A stretch of DNA of 32,000 nucleotides from Desulfotalea psychrophila LSv54 (GTDB lineage Bacteria > Desulfobacterota > Desulfobulbia > Desulfobulbales > Desulfocapsaceae): NCBI RefSeq assembly GCF_000025945.1, contig NC_006138.1, forward strand, positions 3,060,001-3,092,000. Reading direction: 5' to 3'. Made by a program: the position numbers and the translations under genes. Position 1 is the stretch's first letter, and each line of letters begins with the position of its first letter. Of this stretch, positions 25,872-32,000 are shown in pieces. The notes beneath the pieces were generated by a model. That model worked only from the letters and a program-made list of their open reading frames with translations. It searched no databases and was not told the origin of the DNA.

Positions 25872-27149
25872 TTAGGACTGCTCTTTCCAGACCCGAGCAC
25901 CAAGGCCTGTCAACTTCTCCTCAAGCTTTTCATAGCCACGCTCAAGATGATAGATACGTCTCACCTCCGTTTGGCCGGTGGCGGCAAGACCTGCTATAAC
26001 CAGAGAGGAGCTTGCCCGGAGATCCGTTGCCATAACAGGAGCACCAACAAGTCCCGCGACACCATTGCCGGTAACCACAGCACTGCCGCCGTTAATCTTA
26101 ATATCGGCATTCATCCTTTCCAGCTCGGCAACATGCATGAATCTATTTTCAAAGATAGTCTCGTTAACCACGGAACTACCGGTGGCAAGGCACATAAGGG
26201 CCATAAACTGTGCCTGCAGATCCGTTGCATAACCCGGATATGGCATGGTCTTAATATCCACGCAGGAGAGATCAGAAACAGTTTTCCCCTCGGGAAAGGA
26301 TATAGAAATAGTGCTCTCGTCCGCTTCCAACAAGAGTCCTGTGGCCCGAAGTTTGGTCAAAAGGGCTGAGAGATGTTCAGGTTGGCAATGAGTTACCTTG
26401 CCTGCGCCACCGCTTGCAGCAATGGCGATGAGATAGGTGCCTGCCTCGATTCGATCGGGAATGATAACACAATCTGCTTGGCCAAGCTGTTCTACCCCAT
26501 GAATGGTCAGCTCGTCGCTGTCCCGACCTTCGATACGAGCGCCCATACCCACCAGCATATCCACCAGATTAGCAATCTCAGGCTCACGGGCAGCGTTTTG
26601 CAGTACGGTAGTACCTTCGGCAAGTGTTGCAGCCATAAGCAAATTTTCGGTTCCCGTTACCGAAGGCACATCAAAATAAATTGTCCCTCCCTGCAGGCGA
26701 CCGTCCACCTCGACATCCACATAACCATGTTCCTGGATACACTTTGCCCCCAGGGTTTCAAGACCCATGAGGTGGAGATTGATGGGTCGGTCGCCAATGG
26801 CACATCCACCGGGCTTAGAAACACGAGCCTGTCCAAGACGGGCGACAAGAGGGCCGAGAACAAGCACAGAGGCACGCATGGTGCGGACTAGATCGTAGGA
26901 GGCCTCACAGTGCTTCAGGTGGGTGCTGTCAATGGTAAGAACATCCCCATCACGTTGACTGGTCACCCCAAGCTCAGCCATGACCTGAAGCAAGGTCTTA
27001 GTATCACGAAGTTCGGGAACGTTGCGCAAAATATGCTTACCAGGAGCAAGCAGAGTTGCTGCCATAAGGGGCAGAGCTGCGTTTTTAGCACCACTAATTT
27101 TCACAGAACCGTGGAGTGGGCGCCCACCCTCAATAAACAATTTTTCCAT
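25872..27149 (-). CDS. murA: UDP-N-acetylglucosamine 1-carboxyvinyltransferase
   Basis: [28 protein letters not shown], the active-site Cys context [15 protein letters not shown], and the C-terminal [14 protein letters not shown]. Confidence 0.95.
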
Positions 27150-27190
27150 TTTTCAACCCTTCTCTCTATAAATAAAATATCGGTATATGA

Positions 27191-28066
27191 TTAGTTATGG
27201 GATAGCAAACGAGCGTAGAGCACTCGATCCCGCCGGGCATAATCTTGCAAAACATGCACATCTGTAAAGGATGATCCATCGCTGCCGGGCTCTGCAAAGA
27301 GATCGGCTATGGCAGCACCCTGATCTGCACCGAACTCTATAAAGACCTCACCACCAAGGCTTAAATATTTGGGAAGATCATCCCGCATACGCCTGATAAA
27401 GTCAAGACCATCGCCTGCGCCACCGTCAAGTGCCAGATGGGGTTCATAGGAGGCGACCTCAGGTTCCAGCTCATGGGCGATGGCCCCGCGACTCACATAG
27501 GGAGGATTAGAAACAATCAGACCAAACTGATGCAGGGGCTCAATATTTGCAAAGAGATCACTTCGAATAAAATTAATGGCGACATGGTGACGATGGGCGT
27601 TAAAACGGGCAACCTGCAGAGCCTCCTCGGAAATATCCACGGCCACAACAGGTCGTCCTAACTCCTTGGCCAGGACAACGGCAATAACACCACTGCCGGT
27701 ACAGAGGTCAAGGACAGGAGTTACCGATTCCCGCCAGGCACCAGCGCTTGCCAGAACCTTCTCCAACATAAACTCTGTTTCAGGACGGGGAATGAGGACA
27801 TGGGAATTTACCTTGAAATCCAGGGACCAAAATTCCTGCTCACCAAGAATATAGGCCAAGGGCTCACGCTGCACACGCCTTGCCAACAAAAGGTTAAAGG
27901 CAGCCTCAGACCCAGAAGAGACAGGGTTCTCCGGATAAAGAAAAAGCTCGGTACGTGTCTTACCCAAACAGTGTCCAAGTAATAACTGCACATCCACCAA
28001 AGCACTTTCAACACCGGCTTCAGCGAGGACAAGAACCGCTCTTTGCATCAATTGGGCAACATGCAT
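27191..28066 (-). CDS. prmC: Release-factor glutamine N5-methyltransferase (HemK/PrmC)
   Basis: REPLAYILGEQEFW, SAM-binding DLCTGSGVIA, catalytic SNPPYV. The gene lies directly downstream of prfA. Confidence 0.9.
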   Translation of the reverse strand: MHVAQLMQRAVLVLAEAGVESALVDVQLLLGHCLGKTRTELFLYPENPVSSGSEAAFNLLLARRVQREPLAYILGEQEFWSLDFKVNSHVLIPRPETEFMLEKVLASAGAWRESVTPVLDLCTGSGVIAVVLAKELGRPVVAVDISEEALQVARFNAHRHHVAINFIRSDLFANIEPLHQFGLIVSNPPYVSRGAIAHELEPEVASYEPHLALDGGAGDGLDFIRRMRDDLPKYLSLGGEVFIEFGADQGAAIADLFAEPGSDGSSFTDVHVLQDYARRDRVLYARLLSHN

Positions 28067-28149
28067 TTGATTTATTAGAAAATTTTGATGTTCTGGAAAA
28101 AGATATGGGCCTGAAGAAGATCTAAAATGATCTCCAGGCCCATAGAAAT

Positions 28150-29223
28150 TTACTCGAGGTCTTTAAGCTTTTCTGCCTGATCATGAGTAATAAGAGGATA
28201 GATAACCTCATCAAGGGAACCGCCCATAATAGTTTCCAACTTATAGAGGGTCAGATTAATACGATGATCCGTTACCCTGCCCTGCGGAAAGTTATAAGTT
28301 CTAATACGCTCACTTCTATCACCGGTACCAACCTGGCTCCTGCGAGCCTCGGAAATCTTAGCGTTATGCTCGCTTTCCAGCTTATCAAGCAAACGGGCAC
28401 GCAGTACGGTTAAAGCCTTGACCTTATTCTTATGCTGAGACTTTTCATCCTGACAGATAACCACCAGACCAGTGGGAAGGTGAGTAATACGAACAGCAGA
28501 ATCTGTGGTATTAACACTCTGACCACCCGGGCCCGAAGAACGAAATACATCAAACTTCAGCTCATTCATATCAATATGCAGCTCGACCTCTTCTGCCTCG
28601 GGCAAGATTGCCACGGTAACAGCAGAGGTATGAATACGTCCCTGGGTCTCTGTTTCAGGTACACGTTGAACGCGATGGACACCACTCTCATATTTGAGCT
28701 TTGAAAAGACCTGCTCACCGGAAATAAGGGCAATAATCTCCTTGAAGCCACCAATACCAAGTGGATTCGAGCTCATCACCTCAACCTTCCAACCCATGGT
28801 CTCAGCAAAACGGGTATACATTCTAAACAGATCAGCAACAAAGAGAGCCGCCTCATCACCGCCAGCACCAGCACGGATCTCCAGGAAGGTGTTCTTCTCG
28901 TCGTTAGGATCTTTAGGCAGAAGGATGATCTTGATCGCTTTATCAAGTTCAACAATCCTGACATTCAACTCTTCAAGTTCCGCCTTGGCAAGCTCTTTGA
29001 GATCTGGATCTTCCCCGTCATCATGGAGAATAGCCTTATTATCCTCAACATCCTGACAGGCGGTTTTATACTCCTTGTACACCGTATTGAGCTTACTCAG
29101 ATGGGCATGCTCACGAACCACCTTTTGAAATTCCTTCTGATCATTTACAATTTCCGGATCAGAAAGCTTTCCTTCAAGATGTTCAATTCTATTATCTAGA
29201 TCATCAAACTTATCAAATAACAT
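28150..29223 (-). CDS. prfA: Peptide chain release factor 1
   Basis: RF1-type P-x-T tripeptide ([14 protein letters not shown]) and the GGQ motif ([20 protein letters not shown]). Confidence 0.95.
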
Positions 29224-29392
29224 GGGGCCCTCGGAGAATAGCGCTAATGGAAGCCAAGGCTAGATCCTGTCATTATACGCTAGAGGTATAGGTATCGTAG
29301 CAATGGAATTAGCAACAACAAAAAAGATCACTGCTGGCTAGAATAAGATTTATTCTCTGCCCAAAAAGCAGATTTTAACAGCGGTAACATAG

Positions 29393-29431
29393 AAAAAAGC
29401 CCATGCCAACAACGTTAGCATGGACTTTTTT
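29393..29431 (-). terminator. Rho-independent terminator of rpmE
   Basis: Minus strand: CCAUGCUAAC-GUU-GUUGGCAUGG (10-bp stem with one G.U pair), then GC and UUUUUU, 34 nt after the rpmE stop. On the plus strand the G.U pair becomes a C.A mismatch. Confidence 0.7.
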
Positions 29432-29456
29432 AGTGGTACAACAAACTGCAAACAGC

Positions 29457-29678
29457 TTATGCTTCGGCTTTCTTCTCGAAATGCTTTGCATAACGTTGCT
29501 TGAACTTCTCGATACGTCCTGCTGTATCAATAAGCTTTTGCTTTCCGGTGAAGAAAGGGTGACAAGCAGAACAAATCTCTACCTTCATCTCTGTCTCAAC
29601 AGAACCAAGTTCTACTTCGTTGCCACAGGCACAAACCGCGTTAATCTTGTGATATTCTGGATGTATATCTTTTCTCAT
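29457..29678 (-). CDS. rpmE: 50S ribosomal protein L31
   Basis: [15 protein letters not shown]...[26 protein letters not shown] is canonical L31 with Zn-type cysteines. GGAGGA Shine-Dalgarno sequence. Confidence 0.95.
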   Translation of the reverse strand: MRKDIHPEYHKINAVCACGNEVELGSVETEMKVEICSACHPFFTGKQKLIDTAGRIEKFKQRYAKHFEKKAEA

Positions 29679-29858
29679 AACCCTTTATCCTCCAACACAC
29701 CATCAATGTGATATTCAATTTTCAGCAATGTGATATTATTTTTTTAACAATAATTACCTAAACGATAATCACGCATAATACCCTTACATTTATTTTTTTC
29801 AACTAAAAAACTTACAACTAACAGGATGATTATCTTTTTTTATCAAAAAAACAGCCAA

Positions 29859-31109
29859 TTACCCGTTCATATTATCAATAAATTCTGCATTTGTCTTATG
29901 ATGCTTCAACTTATCCATAAGAAAATCCATACAATCTGAGGGATTCATGGCATTAAGAATCTTCCTGAGAATCCAGATACGATTTAGCTTATCCGGCTTC
30001 ATCAACAGCTCTTCTTTACGAGTACCAGAACGTCGAATATCAATGGCAGGAAAAATTCTCTTATCTGCCATCTTACGATCAAGTACCAACTCCATGTTAC
30101 CCGTACCCTTGAACTCTTCGAAGATAACCTCATCCATGCGGCTTCCGGTCTCGATAAGGGCCGTAGCTATGATGGTGAGACTGCCACCTTCTTCGATGTT
30201 TCGAGCAGCACCAAAAAATCTCTTTGGACGATGCAGGGCGTTAGCCTCAACACCACCGGATAGAATTTTACCACTTGCAGGAGTAACGGTATTGTATGCC
30301 CGCGCAAGTCTTGTAATACTATCAAGCAGAATAACAACATCTTTTTTATGCTCTACCAATCTCTTGGCCTTCTCAATAACCATTTCAGCAACTTGAATAT
30401 GTCGCTGTGGTGGTTCATCAAAGGTAGAACTGACAACCTCTGCAGCCTTAACCGAACGGGACATCTCGGTAACCTCTTCCGGACGCTCATCAATAAGCAG
30501 TACTATCAGGTACACCTCTGGATGATTGCGTACAATTGTATTGGCAAGTTTCTGCATAAAAACAGTTTTACCAGTACGGGGAGGAGCTACAAGCAGGCCA
30601 CGTTGTCCCTTACCAATAGGGGCAAACAGATCCATTGCCCGTATGGAATAATTATCTGAATCGCAGTCTAGATCAAAGGCCTCGTCGGGATGAAGAGGGG
30701 TGAGATTACCAAACAGAGTCTTCTGTTTAGCTGCCTCGGGAGAATCAAAGTTGACACTCTCGACTTTCAAAAGGGCAAAATATCTCTCGCCTTCCTTAGG
30801 GGCACGCACCATACCGTCAATGGTATCACCTGTTCTCAAATTCAACCTGCGAATTTGCGATGGAGACACATAGATATCATCTGGACCTGGCAAGTAATTA
30901 TAATCAGGAGCCCGGAGAAAGCCAAAGCCATCTGGAAGAATCTCCAGAACTCCGCTTCCACGCATCTTGCCTTCTTTATCAGCCTGGGCCTGCAGAATTG
31001 CAAAGATCAGCTCCTGCTTACGCAATATGCTATAACCCTCAACATTCAATTGGCGCGCAAGTTGTACCAGGTCTCCAATTTTTTTCAGCTTTAATTCCGC
31101 CAGATTCAT
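29859..31109 (-). CDS. rho: Transcription termination factor Rho
   Basis: N-terminal [17 protein letters not shown]-binding [14 protein letters not shown], Walker [18 protein letters not shown], and the C-terminal RKEELL. Strong GAGGAGAGGAG Shine-Dalgarno sequence. Confidence 0.97.
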   Translation of the reverse strand: MNLAELKLKKIGDLVQLARQLNVEGYSILRKQELIFAILQAQADKEGKMRGSGVLEILPDGFGFLRAPDYNYLPGPDDIYVSPSQIRRLNLRTGDTIDGMVRAPKEGERYFALLKVESVNFDSPEAAKQKTLFGNLTPLHPDEAFDLDCDSDNYSIRAMDLFAPIGKGQRGLLVAPPRTGKTVFMQKLANTIVRNHPEVYLIVLLIDERPEEVTEMSRSVKAAEVVSSTFDEPPQRHIQVAEMVIEKAKRLVEHKKDVVILLDSITRLARAYNTVTPASGKILSGGVEANALHRPKRFFGAARNIEEGGSLTIIATALIETGSRMDEVIFEEFKGTGNMELVLDRKMADKRIFPAIDIRRSGTRKEELLMKPDKLNRIWILRKILNAMNPSDCMDFLMDKLKHHKTNAEFIDNMNG

Positions 31110-31533
31110 TAATTCTCCTCTCCTCTAAAGGCATTGGCAGGATACATATCACTCATACGATCAGACATTTTATTTACACTTCAGAGATATTTTTTTAGTG
31201 AAATATATCAAAGACTATCGATATAAATCGTATTCAAGCACATTTATTAGCAAATAAGGAAGAAGCTGACACACAGATAGCTCGGAAAAAAACACGCTAA
31301 AAAAATTTCTGCTGGTTTGGAAAGAAAAATTTCCGGGTCTTCCTAAGGGGATGCAGGCTTATATAAATGAAGAATAGTGGTTTGCGGTTAACAAGTTGAG
31401 TCGGTAATAACCGAATTTGATTTTCAACAATCTTGTTCCTTATACGTAGTACAGCTTGCGGTGTCAAGCACTTTCATCATACAAAGAGGCTTTTAGCTAT
31501 TTTTCACCGGCTAACAAAATGCTAGCCACATAA

Positions 31534-32000
31534 TTACTTCTTTTTTTCTATTCTGTCCGCCACGAAAAACAGAATCTGGCTGTATGTCGCCGCAAAGAGC
31601 CCATCGTTATTAATGATAAAGTCAGCACGGGCCTCCTTAATAGCAAGCGGCAGTTGAGAGGCTATGATGCTCGTGGCCAAACTGGCCCGAACATCATCCC
31701 TACGCATAGCCCTGCTTATGGCAATATCCTCAGCTACCGATACCACAATGACCATATCAAAATCATAGGACTGATCGCTCTCAAAGAGTAGCGGTATTTC
31801 AGCAACCAAATGTTTATCACAGACATCTGCCCGCAAACCAGCATCGACAATCTGCCTATGGGCAAGGGGATGCAGGATGGCCTCTAACTCTTTTTTACTG
31901 GCCGGATCAAGGAAAATTTTTTCCCGTACCGCCTCCCGATCCACCTCTCCATCCTCAGAGAAATAGTCAGGGCCCCAAAGTTCCTTCAGCTGTTGCCAGC
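31534..32000 (-). CDS. coaE: Dephospho-CoA kinase, C-terminal part; the 5' end (P-loop) lies outside the window
   Basis: The minus frame is open to the window edge. LEAILHPL, EIPLLFES, VIVVSV....ISRAMRRD, Q and ADFIINN match the CoaE pattern. Confidence 0.75.
   Translation of the reverse strand, partial: WQQLKELWGPDYFSEDGEVDREAVREKIFLDPASKKELEAILHPLAHRQIVDAGLRADVCDKHLVAEIPLLFESDQSYDFDMVIVVSVAEDIAISRAMRRDDVRASLATSIIASQLPLAIKEARADFIINNDGLFAATYSQILFFVADRIEKKK

Noticed and set aside
25793-25903. An N-terminal extension of the 25184..25903 ORF that overlaps the 3' end of murA.
   Set aside because: The extension has no Shine-Dalgarno sequence and would overlap murA by 32 nt. The internal ATG at 25792 has a GGGAGA Shine-Dalgarno sequence and starts exactly at a signal-anchor-like sequence.
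1-32000. A scan for CRISPR arrays, tRNA/rRNA genes, integrases and intact IS elements.
   Set aside because: I saw no regularly spaced direct repeats, no tRNA-like T-arm/acceptor signatures and no transposase or integrase motifs in any ORF. A by-eye scan could miss a short or degenerate element.

Overview
The window reads as a chromosomal segment from a Gram-negative anaerobe. Gene content, synteny (rho-rpmE-prfA-prmC-murA) and selenoprotein use suggest a Desulfobacterota (delta-proteobacterial) lineage, but that is inference only. I support about 27 intact CDS.

Housekeeping genes sit at both ends. On the left are ispA (partial) and dxs. On the right are a class II aldolase, tatC, a sigma-54 two-component pair, murA, prmC, prfA, rpmE, rho and coaE (partial).

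The middle, roughly 3.9-17 kb, looks accessory. It holds an omptin-type outer-membrane protease, a Cache-type MCP, and a redox/electrophile-stress cluster made up of an HxlR regulator, a cupin, a nitroreductase, a TetR regulator and a peroxiredoxin-like protein. It also holds two PAS-GGDEF cyclases, REP-like repeats with a partial gene duplicate, and a visibly AT-rich insert carrying one AbiTii-like (abortive-infection-type) gene.

Main non-obvious observations:
1. Two listed ORFs are really one peroxiredoxin-like selenoprotein, with an in-frame TGA giving a U-P-Y-C motif and a SECIS-like hairpin.
2. A truncated, frameshifted Old-Yellow-Enzyme remnant is start/stop-coupled to that gene.
3. tatC is split by a frameshift inside an A9/T9 homopolymer.
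4. The AT-rich single-gene AbiTii-like module has a 530-bp structured, purine-rich upstream region. It is my best candidate for an uncharacterised defence system.
5. A structured intergenic repeat family brackets a secreted-protein gene and a decayed copy of that gene's 5' end.
6. The omptin gene is bracketed by about 28-nt direct repeats.

I saw no rRNA, tRNA, CRISPR array or intact IS/transposase. All composition statements are by-eye estimates, not computed values.
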